DNA from: Cyanophora paradoxa CCMP329
Lineage: Eukaryota; Plantae; Glaucophyta
Length of the DNA stretch: 64,000 nucleotides
Assembly (NCBI GenBank): GCA_004431415.1
Contig: QPMI01000161.1
Coordinates: forward strand, 148,461-212,460
Reading direction: 5' to 3'
A program made the translations under genes and the position numbers. Below are positions 24,301 through 37,102 of this stretch, in pieces. The notes below the pieces were generated by a model. It was not told where the DNA came from and searched no databases. It saw nothing but the letters and a program-made list of their open reading frames with translations. Position 1 is the stretch's first letter, and each line of letters starts with the position of its first letter.

Positions 24301-26069
24301 GCGAGCGAGTAACTCGGAGCGCCTCCGCGGGGTCGCCGAGAGGGCGATCGTGGGGGCGGGGGCGGGGGCGGGCGGGGCGGGGGCGGACCTTGACGGGGTC
24401 CTCGTTGTCGACGTCGTCGCCGCCCCACGCCTTCGCGATGCGCGACTCCACCGCGATCGCCCTCTCCGCCGCCGCCCGCACCTCCGAAGAGCTCTTCGAC
24501 TGCCGCACGCCGCGGGGCTCAGAGCGGGGCGCCGCCGGGGCAGCAATGCCCCCCCCCGGGGCGCGGACGAACCGATCCCTTGTACGAGTACATCATCATC
24601 TTGGAGACGTGCTTCTGGTAGAGCTCGAACACGTGGTCCCCCTCTGCCTCCTTGATCGCCTGCAGGAGGCGCCCCCGCGATTCGGCGGGGCGGGGCGGGG
24701 CGGGGCGGGGCGCATGGGGAGGCCGGCGCACGGCGTAGGAGCGGGGGCGGGGAGCGGGGGCGCCCCGCCCGATGCCCACGCCGCGCCTCTTCGCAAGCCT
24801 CTTCGCCTTCGCCCCCGGGCCCGAGCCGGCGCCCGAGTCCGAGTCCGAGCTCGCCGCCCGCGCCGCGCCATCCGAGCCCGCGTCCGAAGCCGAGTTCCAC
24901 CACCTCTCCTCCCCGTCTTCGTCGTCGTACATGCTGCAGCGGGCCGGGTGCGCGCGCACGCGCGCGAGTGAGTGAGCCGTCGAAGCGAGGCGGGGCCAGC
25001 GGGCGCACTTGGGGTCGCCCGTTGCGATGCCGCCCTGGCCGATCTGGAGGAGGTACTTGTTCGGGTCCTTCGGATCCGGCGTCACGAGCATGTCGAAGAA
25101 GACCGGCACGCCGATGCTGCGCGCGCGCGGCTGAGCCGTAGATGCTCGCGTACAGGCGGGGCACTGCACGCGGCCGCACCTGTGCAGCTCGCCGGCGAGG
25201 GACATGATCGAGTTCAAATCGTTGATCGCGTCAATCTTCTCGAAGAGCGGCGCGAGTGGCGAGGCGCCTGCGCGACGCGCGGCCGGGGCCGGGGCTCAAC
25301 CGCCGATCGGAACCGAGGGAGGCGGTCGAACGCGCACCGAGCTTGTCGATCGTTTGCGTGTCCATGCATGACTTGAAGTACTCGGTGAGAACCGGCCTGC
25401 GCCCCGGATGAGCTTCGCGCGCGCCAAGGGGACGAACAGTCGCCATGCACCAGTTGTCGTTGAGGATCTCCGTCAGCTGCTTGCGGATGCGCTTCTCGAC
25501 AACGTTCTCGTTCATCCACCATTCATCCTGCACGCTCGGAGTCGGCGCGCGGGTCAGGGATTCACGTGGCTGCTGACGCACGAATCCCTTGGGTAGTTCG
25601 AACGTGTTCGAAAAGCCGCCGCATGCGTACCTGCGAGCGCAAGTAAGGCAAGCGCGAGAGCGCGATGCCGACGAGTGCCAGCGGCTGCGCGCGAGCGCAC
25701 TGGTAGAAATCATCGCAAGGGTCGTGGCTGACGTTCATCGCCCCGAGCATGAGTTTCGCAAGATCGGACACCTTCGGAGTTAGGCCATCTGCAATTGTTG
25801 CGTTGGCGTTCAGGAGATGTCGCGTACGTCGCGCCCCCGCAAAGGGTCGCACCTGCGATCTCCTTCGGCTGGGGCCAGCTGCGGCCCCCGAACACGCGGA
25901 TTACGGCATAAGCCTTCTCATGCGCCCAAGCCTGAGGTCCATCCTTGTGCGTGGCCGCCAGAACGCCCACGAGGACGACTGCGATCACAGCTAGCGCCCC
26001 CGCGGCCGCCCGGATCGCCTTGCGTCGGCGGAGGACGCTCTCACTGTGAGCGTCTAAAGGAACGTACAT
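21356..26069 (-). CDS. M13 family zinc metallopeptidase (neprilysin/ECE-like), type II membrane protein, multi-exon
   Basis: N-terminal TM, DPCDDFYQ/YACGG, VNAYY, GHE/VTHGYD (HExxH), GENVADWGG, NPHSP, AFNCPAASKMN..RCPVWW*. Confidence 0.93.
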
Positions 26070-26671
26070 GCTAACTCGCCCGTCACGTGCTGAAGCTAGC
26101 TATAGCGCTCGCCCACCGCGCCCTTTCTGTGAAAGGCATGTACCCCCTGCGCACTTCATTCAAATTAGACGACGCGCGCGGCCGCGATGGCCGGCGCCGG
26201 CGCCGGCATCGAGCTCGCACAAATGCATGCGCCGAGACGGTTGGCCCCAGATATCGATGCAGGTGCACACGCGCTCGAGCTCCGCTCGGGAGCTCCTGCG
26301 GCCTCGCGCTTTAGGGCCGGGGGGCGCGCGCGCGTACACGTGCACGTGCGTTCATGATCATGCGCATGCACTGCATGGGCACGCGCATGCAGGTCTTGCA
26401 AATACATTGACTCGTAGATGTACATGCGTCTCTAAGTGTCAAGTGCTTCTTGAAATTTTCTGCAAAAAACTCAAAAATACATCGTAAAATGACGCTGTAT
26501 AACCAACGCGGAGCGCTTAGTGTGAAGGGACGGCGGAAGCGGATGGGCAGAGGGATCCGGATCGAGGTGCGGGGCCGCGGGCGCACGTGGGAGTGACCGA
26601 GCAGGGGCAGAAGTAGACTCGGGGCAGATGTGGAAATAGCTATCGGGAGCAGAGGGCACGCGCGGGACGGG

Positions 26672-29041
26672 CTACTGGGCGAGGTGGAGTTGGTTGAGGT
26701 CGAACGTGACGCGCCCTAAGGAGGCCTGTCTGTTCTCGACCGGGTTGTGCTGCGGCGCATCGACTCAGGAATGGCCAAGCGCAGTGATCGGGAGGGGCAG
26801 AGAAGGGGCGGACCCTGCGGTTCTGCTGTGGCGTGGGGACGACGCCGCCTCCCGATGGGGCGTACTGCGGGCCGCCGCCGCCGCCGGGGGAGCCGCGGCC
26901 GGCGCCGGCGACGGCGCCGGCGAAGCCGCCGGAGGCGGGGCGGTCCATGGAGGGCTCGCGGTTGGCGGCGATGCCGCCGATGGCGGCCTGGAACTTGTTC
27001 ATGGCGATGGCGGCGAGGATGCCCTTCTTGAAGCGGCGACGCGCGTTGAACGAGCGCAGGTTCTCGATGATCGTCGGCGAGAGGGCCGTCTCCGCCGCCG
27101 TGTGGCCCTTGATCCAGGGGTGGTTCAGGCACTGCTCCGCCGTGTACCGCTTCGTCGGGTCCACCACCAGCAGGTGCCGGATCAGGTCCTTGGCCGACTC
27201 CGAGATCGTCGACCACTCGTCCGGCGGGAACTCGAAGTGCCCCTTGTACACCATCTTGAAGATCTCCTGGATGTTGTCCCCGTAGAACGGGTAGTACCCG
27301 CACAGCCTGCACCCCGGCCGTCATCGGAGGAAAGGAGAGAAAAGGGAAGGAAGGGGAGGGGTGGGAGGGGGGCGGGCGCACAGGATGTAGGTGATGACGC
27401 CGATGGACCACATGTCGCAGGAGGCGGAGTAGCCCTTGCGGGAGATGACCTCGGGGGCGATGTACTCGGGGGTCCCCACGATCCGCTGCACGACCTTGGC
27501 CGCCGGGCTGTCGTAGAACTGCGAGAGCCCGAAGTCGATCACCTTGATCTCCGAGTGCTCCTCCCGCGTCGCGTAGATCAGGTTCTCCGGCTGCGCGGCG
27601 TCAGCCGCGCCGCCTGCGCCCCAGGCTGCTGCGGGGGGGCGGGGACCTTGAGGTCGCAGTGGCAGATGCCCTGGGAGTGGACGTGGTGCAGGCCCGACAC
27701 GATCTTGCGCAGCACGCTCGCCGCGTCCCGCTCCGAGTACGACCCCTTCTCCAGGATCCGGTCGAAGAGCTCCCCGCCACGCATCCTGTGCCGCCGCCGC
27801 GATGAATTCAACAAGACGTGTAAAACGTATAGAGCCGAAACGATTGACGTAATGTTCACGATACTTAGGTGGGCCAGCGCAGCGTCGGTGGCCCCTCCCC
27901 CGGGAGGGCTGGGCGGGGAGGGGCGGCAGGAAGGGCGAAAAAAAGCGCACAGCTCCATGACGATGGAAAGTTCTCCGGGCGTCTCGAAGACCTCTTTCAG
28001 CTTCACCACGTTCGGGTGGTTCAGCCGCCGCATGATCCGGATTTCCTGCGGCGGGCGGGCCTAAGCCGGGCCGGCCGGACCGGAGCCGCACGGGCGGGCG
28101 CTCTCACGGCCCGCCCCGCGGAGCGCGCACCTGCAGGATGTGCGTCTTGTTGTCCTCGAACGTTTTCCTCTTGATCTGCTTCAGGGCCCACTGCTTGCCG
28201 TTCTGCCGGTCGACCGCCACCTTCACCGCCGCGAAGCCGCCGCTGCGCGCTCGGGTAAATGCCTCGCGACGCCCCCCTTCGAACGCGGGCGACGGACCTG
28301 CCGAGCTGCTCCTGCAGATCATACTTGTCCTCTATGCGCTCGAGCTTCGGGATGTCGACGCGCTCTTCCCACGGCGTCGACGCAGGATTGTACGCAGGCA
28401 CTGCAGCATGGGCCGCCGAGTATCCTCCGCCAGTCTGCGGGGCTTCGCGCCGCGTTGACGGCTGTCCTCCCCCCATGGCGGGCGGGGGCGTTGACAGGGG
28501 TGGCTGGGCAGCGGGGCGTCATCTGCGGGAAAAGGAAGCTAGCTAAGGAAGGGCGCGTACCATAGCATAGTTCGGTTGCTGCGGCTTGGCCGAGTAGGAC
28601 GCCCCACTGCTAACCGGCGTCCCCCTCCAGATGGCTTTGATCGCATCGACCCACGTCTGACGTTCGTGCGCCGAGTCGGCGTAAAGCGTGTGATTGCCGT
28701 CCGACGCGTTGAGCTGCGAGACGTGGCCCCTTGATCAGGGGCGGCAGTTGGGCCAAGGTCAGACGGTGCGGACCTTGAATCCGTAGCGTCCGTCGCTTTC
28801 GACAAGACCAAGAATCGGATCGCTGTTAGGCGGAATGCTGATCGACTTGGAGCCGCCAACCTGCGGCAGCCGCCTCGTTATGCGAACGCCGCTAACATGG
28901 AGCTTTTAACGCGGCCCGGCAAACCTTCGGATCTTTGGAGTACGTCACTGAGCCTTTGCTGATGATGAAGTACCGCGTCTTCCATCGCTTGAAGAGCCGG
29001 CCCTTCTTTGCAAGCCACCCGGCCTTCTGGTCGCTGCTCAT
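26672..29041 (-). CDS. CAMK-family Ser/Thr kinase with an N-terminal PH domain; a further upstream exon is possible
   Basis: [38 protein letters not shown] (PH); [42 protein letters not shown] CaM-binding tail. Confidence 0.9.
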
Positions 29042-29354
29042 GTCCTTGCCGCTGTCGGCCCACGCCCTCCGAAGCTAAAGCCGAAGCTGAAGTCTCCCGC
29101 ACAGCTTTCCCCGTCCACACGGCCTCCGAGTTCACGCCAGAGGGTTTCCTGTACCCGCCGGCTCAGGAGTCAGAAGTCAGGACGCTGCGGCGCAGGCTGC
29201 GGGTTACGGCTTCGTGTCCTCATCGCTTGCTGTTTACGGTCGTATATCGTAGCAGCGCGAGATTCGCAGCATTACCGTCAGCAGGCAAGGTTTGATCAGC
29301 AGGGAGCGCGAGATTCGAGTATAAGCGCCGTCTGAGCATTCGATCGGCGTAGTC

Positions 29355-31566
29355 ATGGATTTCTTCACGCTCCTCTTCGTTGTGCTGCTCGTCGTCTGCG
29401 GCGGAATCAACTACTCGCAATGGCAGAGCAGCAAGGTCGTGAAGACTCCCGCTTTCACGAAGTTCCAGTACAACTACATCGCGGTCTATCTGCTCGCCAT
29501 GGGTGCGGCCCGTCTCGTCTCTCGCCCTCGTCCCTGCTCACCTTGGTCCTTCCGCGGCCTGTCCCCCGACGTGCCCGCGCAGCCTCGGATTGGCTTCAGG
29601 GACCGTGAGTTGTTCCCATCCCTCCTCGTCCTGCCCGCGCTCGCCTCGCGCTCATGTTCGAACCACATCTTTCCCGCGCAGCTATGTCTACGCGCTGTAC
29701 GAGGCGTACGGCTACAAGGAGGGCGATATTGGCAAGCTGTTCATTGCCGGATTCGGCTCCAGCATGATCTTCGGCACGATCGTCGGCTCCGTCGCCGACA
29801 AGTAGTGCGCGGCGCCGCCCCGCCGCACTCGACGTGTCCGGGAATGAGCGGCGTCCCTCGCAGCGGTCGTAAGAAGAACTGCATTCTTTTCGGCATCATC
29901 TACTCGCTCTCCTGCATCACGAAGCACTTCAAGGACTTCAAGATCCTCATGCTCGGCCGCCTTTTCGGCGGCATCGCCACCTCCCTCCTCTTCTCCGCTT
30001 TCGAATCCTGGCTCGTGTACGAGCACAACAAGGTGCGCGGAAACCGAGCCGTGTCAGGGCCTGCGAGTGGCGCGCCGAGGCCCCGCGCAGCTCCAGTTCG
30101 CGCCGGACCTCCTCGCGAACACCTTCTCCATCGCAACGCTCGGCAACGGCATAATCGCCATTCTCTCCGGCCTCGTCGCCAGCGCTGTTGCCGCGAAGGT
30201 CCGCCCGAGGCTCCAGTCCTTCCCGAGCCGCCCCGACGCCGGCCGCGCACACAGTACGGCCTCGTCGCGCCCTTCGACACGGCGCTCGTTCTCCTCATCG
30301 TGTGCACGCTCATCGTCGCGGCGACTTGGACCGAGAACTACGGCGATCAGCGCGTCAACGTCGAGGCTTCTTTCAAGAACGCCTGGCAGACCCTCATCTC
30401 CGGTGCGCCCCTTCCCCTCCTTTACGGCCCACGCGCCTCCTCTTAAGCCCGAGCAGACCAGAAGGTCTGGCTCCTGGGTTCCATCCAGTCTCTCTTCGAG
30501 GGCTCGATGTACATCTTCGTCTTCAAGTGGACGCCCTCGCTCTCGGGGAGCACGCCCATCCCCCACGGCATGATCTTCGCCTGCTTCATGGTGCGTACGC
30601 GTACCCCTCCGCCCTGCGACCCCCGACCCGCCCTGCAGGTCTGCGTGATGATCGGAAGCGCGGTCTTCAAGTACCTGATGGCCTCCTCCCGCATCGAGAA
30701 CTTCGCCCGCGGCATGTTCGCCACCGCGGCCGTCTCTCTCTTCGTTCCCGTCATCACCGAGGTCCGCCCCGCCCCTCCCCTCCCCCGCCCCGCCCCTCCC
30801 CTCCCCCGCCCGCCCGCTCTTTTCCCCCCGCGTCGCCCGTCGATCCGTCGTGACCCGCGCTGCGCAGAACCGCACGATGCGGCTGCTCTCGTTCCTCATC
30901 TTCGAGGTGTGCTGCGGCATCTTCTGGCCCTGCCTGGGCACCATGCGCTCCAAGTACGTTCCCGAGGAGGTCTGTATTTTCCTCCCCCTCTCCGGCCCCT
31001 CCCCCCATCCTCCCCGCTCACCCCCCCAGTAGGTCCGCGCGACGATCATGAACTTCTTCCGCGTGCCCCTTAACCTCTTCGTCGTCACGGTCTTGCTCGA
31101 GGTCCGGTGGAGCCCTTTCTTTCCTTCTTCCCACGCGCGCCGGCCCAGGCAGACGCGGGCGCAGGTGGAGAAGATGTCGACGCAGTCGGTCTTTATGTTC
31201 TGCACGGCGCTCCTGGTCGTCGCCGCCGTCTGCCAGCACCGCCTCTGGTCCCTCGTCCGCTCCGAGACGCACCAGTCCGGTCCGCGATCCTGTCCGCCCC
31301 TCTAGCGCTTAGGCACGCAGGCCCCGCGGCCCGTGAGCGGGGGCGCGGGGGCGCAGACGAGAAAGGGGCCCACCCCCCCGCGTCCGCCGCCCCGCGGTCG
31401 CCAGTGGCTAAGGCCGGGCGGCACGCGGAGTGATCTAGGAGGGGCTAGAGCCGGCCGCGCGCGCGCGTGCCTGCCGCCAGCCAACCGAGAGTCGCCCAGC
31501 GTAGGTCTGGCCACCCGGGTCGACATGGACGAGGAGCTGGAGCACCTCCACGAGGGCGGCCACTGA
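29355..31566 (+). CDS. MFSD5: MFS transporter of the molybdate-anion transporter MOT2/MFSD5 family, multi-exon
   Basis: ASDWLQGP/YVYALY, IATSLLFSAFESW, SLFEGSMYIFVFKWTP, IMNFFRVPLN. Confidence 0.92.
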
Positions 31567-32012
31567 CGCTCCCCCTCCGCCTCCGCATCCGCCGCCGCCC
31601 GGGAACACCCCCCCCTTTGCCCGGCCGGCGTTGCCGCTGCGCCCCGCTCGGCGCGTCCTGCGATCTACCGCCAGCGCTTGTCCGACCGTCAGTGTATGCA
31701 CTTCGGCAGTCTCCGAGAACCCCCCTCGCATTGTGAGTTGCTGCTCTTTTTTTGCACAGGAAATGTACGGTACCTTCCCGGCATGCTGAGAAGATTGCAC
31801 AACCTCGAGCTCGGACGGGGATTCACATGTATATTAATAGCATTTGCACATCTATTGAAAGTATGCTGGGTCCTAAAAGGGAACGGGGCGATTTGGTAAG
31901 GCGTTGAACGGACGCAGAGGCGTCCCCAGGCCTAAGTTGCTTGCCGCGAGGCGACCCCTGTACAAAACCCGAGATGCCTTCCATCATACCTCATGAGCCG
32001 CCTCAAGGCAGG

Positions 32013-32780
32013 TCAGGGCACGCCTGCCTCGGCCTCCTCGCCCTCCTCCATCAGCGGATTCATGCGAGGGCCGACATCGGGCTGGCTAGCCGCCGTTGCC
32101 GCTGCCGCTGAGCGCGCTGCGGCGGCCTGCTGTCGTCTCCGGCGAGCTTCGACGAGTGCATCGCCCTGGCTCTTTCCTGGAACCGCCGAGTTCAAGTACG
32201 TCGAAGGCTTGCTGCAGCTAGCGCTGGCGCTGAGCTTTGCGCCCGCTGGCTTCGCTGCCGGCGCCCCAGAAGAAGATGCTGATTTCACGCTGGTGAAAGA
32301 AGCGGACTGCCTGCGGTTCACAGTCTGCGGCGCAGCGCCCGCGTACACGGAGACGGCGTCCGCAAGCGACCTAGGCAAGCGTAAGGGTAGGCTCCGGCGA
32401 AATTCAAGCGTAGCAGTCTCTCTTAGTGGGAGGCCAACGCACGAGCGGTAGTTAGGGAGCTGGACGGCGTGCACACGCCTCACGATGCGGGTTGGGCTCG
32501 AGCCGCTCGACTCCTTCCCCCTGGGTGGCATAGCTGCGTTCCAGGACTCCAATAACGCTAGCGCTCACACTCGTTGAGGCTGGAGTGGGCTGCAAGCTTG
32601 AAGGCCTGGACGTTTCGTTACCGGGAGCTCCAGTGGTGTCGCTGTGCTTGCTTCAGCGCTTTGAGGGCTCGCAGCCTGGGATTTGAGGGCTTTAAGGTCC
32701 TGTGCTCGAGTAATCTGGGTACGCGCCCTGCGTGGGGGTACACACACTGCTCGCGGCAGAGAACAAACACGGCCTGTGAC
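32013..32780 (-). CDS. Hypothetical Ser/Ala-rich protein, divergent from RRP4
   Basis: Open frames with plausible splice sites; no recognised domain. Confidence 0.3.
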
Positions 32781-32953
32781 ACACGTCTATACCTACGTAA
32801 CGCTCTTCCAGGATAGCGCGTCCCGATTCAACTTGCTTGGTAGGGTAGGGTTACGCTCGGCGCACTAGCTTGGAAAAGAAGGCCAGCCAACCACAGGTAC
32901 TCCCGAGCGGCCGCCGACTGCAGGCGATCGATCGCTGCCGGCCGGCGGCGGCC

Positions 32954-34583
32954 ATGGCGCAGCCGGAGATTTCGATCCAAGTCGCGACCGCCGGCCCGCA
33001 GCTTGCAGCCCTGCAAACGGCTGGCGCGTCCAAGAGCAAGCTCGCCGTGCATTACGTGACGGTGGGTGATGTCTCAGCCGCGATCGGAGGCCGCTGCTGA
33101 ACCCGTCGCGAACAGCCCGGCGAGGTGATCACTTCTGAGCAGGGCTTTCTACGGTGAGCGACGCAGCGCCAATGAATACACCATCGATCGCGCTCTGATC
33201 CCTGCGCTCGCGCAGGGGCCACGGCACGTACGTGGAGGACGGCAGCCTGATCGCTTCTGTGAGCGGCGTGGTGGAGCGTGTGAACAAGCTCATCTCCGTG
33301 CGGCCGCTGCGTTCCAGGTGCCCCGCAACGCCGAGCAAACCGCTCGCGACTCGGCCTCACATCGCGGCGCAGGTACACTGGCGAGATTGGCGATGTGGTG
33401 GTCGGGCGCATCGCGGAGGTCGGCCAGAAGCGGTGGAAAGTCGACGTGAACTCGCGACAAGACGCCGTGCTTCAGCTATCTTCTATCAACCTTCCCGGCG
33501 GCGTTCAGGTTCGGAACACTTCGTCTCGAGACTTTCCCATTCGAAATCACCGCACAATCTAAGCCTTAATTCGAATGATGACCAAAAAAATTATCAAAGG
33601 CTTAACCATTGACGTCCCTCACGGGGCGCTTGAAACAACCTTTGTCTGACTCTGCGATCTATTCATCTTTCCTACTTCTCCCGCCCCACTTTCACGGAGT
33701 AAACTATCTCGAATGATGACCAAAAAAATTATCAAAGGCTTAACCATTGACGTCCCTCACGGGGCGCTTGAAACAACCTTTGTCTGACTCTGCGATCTAT
33801 TCATCTTTCCTACTTCTCCCGCCCCACTTTCACGGAGTAAACTATCTCGAATGATGACCAAAAAATTATCAAAGGCTTAACCATTGACGTCCCTCACGGG
33901 GCGCTTGAAAACACCTTTGTCTGACTCGCCTCTCTCCCTGCGCGCTTAATTTCCGGCCCCCTCGTACCCGTCCTCGCCAGCTGCTCACCACTCCCGCGCC
34001 GCCGCCGGCAGCGGAGGCGCACGATGGAGGACGAGCTGAACATGCGACTCTTCTTCGAAGAGGGGGACCTGATCTCGGTGCGCTGGGATCCCCCCGAGGC
34101 CCCGCTCCTCCCCCCCGACGCGCTTGCCGGCAGGCGGAGGTGCAGTCCTTCTTCGCGGACGGGGCGCTGGGCCTTCACACGCGCTCGCTCAAGTACGGGA
34201 AGCTGGAGAACGGCGTGGTGGTGGTCGTGCCGCAGACGCTCGTGAAGCGGGCCAAGCAGCACTTCCACAGCCTGCCCGAGCTCGGGGTGGACGTCATCCT
34301 GGGGAACAACGGCTTCTGCTGGGTGGCGCCCCTCGAGAAGGGCGAGGCGACGCGGGAGGCGCGCGAGGCCGTCGCCCGCGTCCGCAACGCCATCGAGCTC
34401 CTCGGCCAGCTCTTCGTCGCCGTGTACCCCCAGACCATCGCCGACGTCGTCGAGGGCGCCGCCGCCCGCGGGCTCTCCCCGGCGGAGATGCTCAGGCCCG
34501 AGCACGCCCTGGCGATCACGGAGCGCGCCCGCTCCCGCCGAGAGGTACCCGAGGGCGCCTCCGCCAAGTACGGCGAGATATAG
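32954..34583 (+). CDS. RRP4: Exosome complex component RRP4 (EXOSC2), multi-exon
   Basis: [88 protein letters not shown]. Confidence 0.95.
33575..33649 (+). ncRNA. Putative box C/D snoRNA, copy 1
   Basis: Box C ATGATGA 33575-33581, box D CTGA 33646-33649, 75 nt, internal hairpin cgtccc-tcac-ggggcg, intronic and on the sense strand. Confidence 0.65.
33713..33787 (+). ncRNA. Putative box C/D snoRNA, copy 2
   Basis: Identical to copy 1. Confidence 0.65.
33851..33924 (+). ncRNA. Putative box C/D snoRNA, copy 3 (variant)
   Basis: Boxes C and D retained; the A-run is 1 nt shorter and gaaacaacc becomes gaaaacacc; box D lies ~87 nt from the 3' splice site. Confidence 0.65.
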
Positions 34584-34821
34584 CCGCTCGGGTAGTGCAC
34601 AGCGTACGCCTGGTTGGGCCCAGCAGCAGCAGCGCGGGGCAGAGCAGTTCTCGTCAGGTTTAGAGTACGTAGTAACCGTAGCGCAGGCCAGGCAGTGTAA
34701 GGTTCTGCAGTTATCGTAGTAGTGTTAATACTGTGTTATTGCTTCACTTATTCGATCGAATCGACGCGAGCTACGTACAGATACGCCGCCGACGGACTGA
34801 GCGACATCGGGGCCGGGGCCC

Positions 34822-37037
34822 TCAGGCGGAGGCCGGGGTGCCGCCGGCGGGGGCTGCCTCGGAGGGCGAGGCAATGGGTGGGAATAGTTGAGCAGCCATC
34901 GCGCGGAGAGCGTACTCGCCCCGGATTTCGCGATCGAACACTCGCACCTGCTCGGAAAAAAATGATAAAGGGCGAACAGGTACACGGCGCTTCGAATCGC
35001 GCAAGTGTGGGGGGCGGGCCTGAGAGATCTTGAGGTCGGGGTCGGCGGCGCGCAGGGTGCGCTCCACGAATGCGATGTTCGACGCGTGGTCCCGCCCCCG
35101 CTGGGCGCAGAAGGCGCACGGCTCTTCCGCTCCGTGGCCTGCCTCCCCGGGGGCCGGCGCCTCCCCCGGCGGGGGCATCACCTGCTGTCGATAAGGGCGG
35201 GGGGAAGGGGGGAGGGGCGAGAAAGAAAGCGGAGGGGGTTACGACTCGCCTGGTTGACGACGATGCGGTGGACGGGTACGTGCTCCTGGCGGAGCTCTGC
35301 GACCAGCCGCTCCGTCTCCGCGATCGCCATCATCTGGTACCGGGGTCAAAAGAGGAGGGGGGGGGGGAGGCAGAGGGGGGCGGAGCGCGGACGGTGGGGA
35401 TGGTGACGACGACGAACTCGGTAGCCTCCTGGTCCCGGAATAGCTTCGAGACCTGGGCACGTACCCCTTGGGTGGGGAAAGGGCGAAGGAAAGCTGGGGG
35501 GGTCGGGAGGCTGGGGGGTACCTGCTTCATGCTCTCCTTCATCTCCTCGAGCTGCTGGAGGGCCTCGGCCTCCTCGGAGGCGCTAGGGGCGCCCCCGAAC
35601 ATCGACGCCGCCTGGCCCCTGCGAGCACGGAGCGCCGCGACTCAGACTCCATATCCCACAACAGCAAGAACGTTGGACGGACATGAAGGAGGACATCTTG
35701 GAGCGGAGGGAGATGATCTTGCCGACCATCGAATCAAGGAACTGGGGGAACTGCAGCAGCCGCAGCGTGTGGCCCGTCGGCGCCGTGTCGAACACGATCC
35801 GATCGAACTGCGAGTATGCAGGGTCCTGCGCGGCGCTCAGGTGAGGGGCCGAGGTGGCGGACGGCTCCAGGGGCGGGCGCGGAGCGAGGATGTGGGGGTA
35901 CCTGGATAAAGCGGACGATCTCTGATAGAGCGAGGGTCTCGTCGAATCCCGGCGGCATCTTCTCGAAAAGCTCGCCCAGCTCCTGAGATACGGAAAATAA
36001 AGAGAGAATGGGGTACGTAGAGGAGGGGAGGGGGGTACGCACGCCCATGCCCATGGCGGAGAGCTGTGCCTGGTCCTGGGCGCTCATGGGGGCGAGGGAG
36101 GCGCGGCGGCCCTTCTCCGGGTCCAGCTCCAGCCCCCACAGGTTCGGGATCCCCGGTACAGGCACAGGCTCCTCCTCGTCCCCCGGCGTCTGCCGCGGAA
36201 TCAGAGAGGGAGAAGTTCGGGCGGGGTAAGGCCGCGCACGGTGAGCGGGGGGCAGTTGAAAGAGTCGGAGAGGGAGTGCGCGGGGTCGGTGGAGAGCACG
36301 AGGGTCTTCTCACCTGCGGGGCGCGCTTCGGCGGCGCGCGAGGCGCCGCGGGCCCTGCGGGAAGGCGGACCGAGGCTTGCGAACTGGACGGCGATGGCCG
36401 CGGCCGTGCTCGTCTTGCCCACGCCGCCCTTGCCGCCCACCTGCGACCGACGAATCAGAGGAGTCGATCCAGAGTTCGGTGCGAGCGCCGCCTGCACCAT
36501 AATGTATCGGCGCTTTTTGTTGGTGATGAGGTCGCGGGTCTCCGGCGGCGGCGGAGTCCACGGCGCCGGCTGCGACGTCCTCGATCGCACCGGCGCCTGA
36601 GCTGTAACAGAGGAGCTAGACGAGGCAGCAGGCGACTGCTCCGCGGACGACGGCGCCTGGCGGGCCGGGCGCGATTCGTCCTTCGACGAGCTCCCGCGGA
36701 AGCGCGCAACAAGCTGCTGGGCGGCGAGAGCCACTACAGCACCAGCTGCACCAGTGAAGATCGGCGTCGCGTTGAAGCTGCGGGGCTTCGGCGCGTTCGG
36801 CTGCGCGTCGACGGAGATTTGCGTCTGCGTGCCGGTCGTCTTCCCGGTGCTCTGCGAGCCGCCGGCGCGAGCGACGACCTCATAATCTTGCCCCCGGCTG
36901 ACTCTGCTGCGCTGGATCCGCCCCCCGGCGTCGAATCGCTGCTCGCTCCTCCCGTACAGCTCGCCGCGCGCCGACGCGATCCCGTTCCTGGGCGGAGCTA
37001 CCGGAACTGCGAAAGCCTGGTCGTGCGCGCCGCGCAT
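34822..37037 (-). CDS. ArsA/GET3-family ATPase with an organellar-type N-terminal extension, multi-exon
   Basis: [55 protein letters not shown]. Confidence 0.93.
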
Positions 37038-37102
37038 CTTTACTCGAGGTGCGGCCGTGTGCGGCGGTGCGCCTGCAACCCGGGTATAGGAAGAATTCGG
37101 CG

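Larger units (their letters stand above)
33571..33927 (+). repeat. 138-bp tandem repeat (about 2.6 units) inside RRP4 intron 33509-34011
   Basis: ATGATGA at 33575, 33713 and 33851; copies 1 and 2 are identical, copy 3 has small changes. Confidence 0.95.

Noticed and set aside
33571-33927. CRISPR-like or TIGR-like array
   Set aside because: The units are essentially identical with no variable spacers, no cas/tas gene is nearby, and the context is a eukaryotic intron
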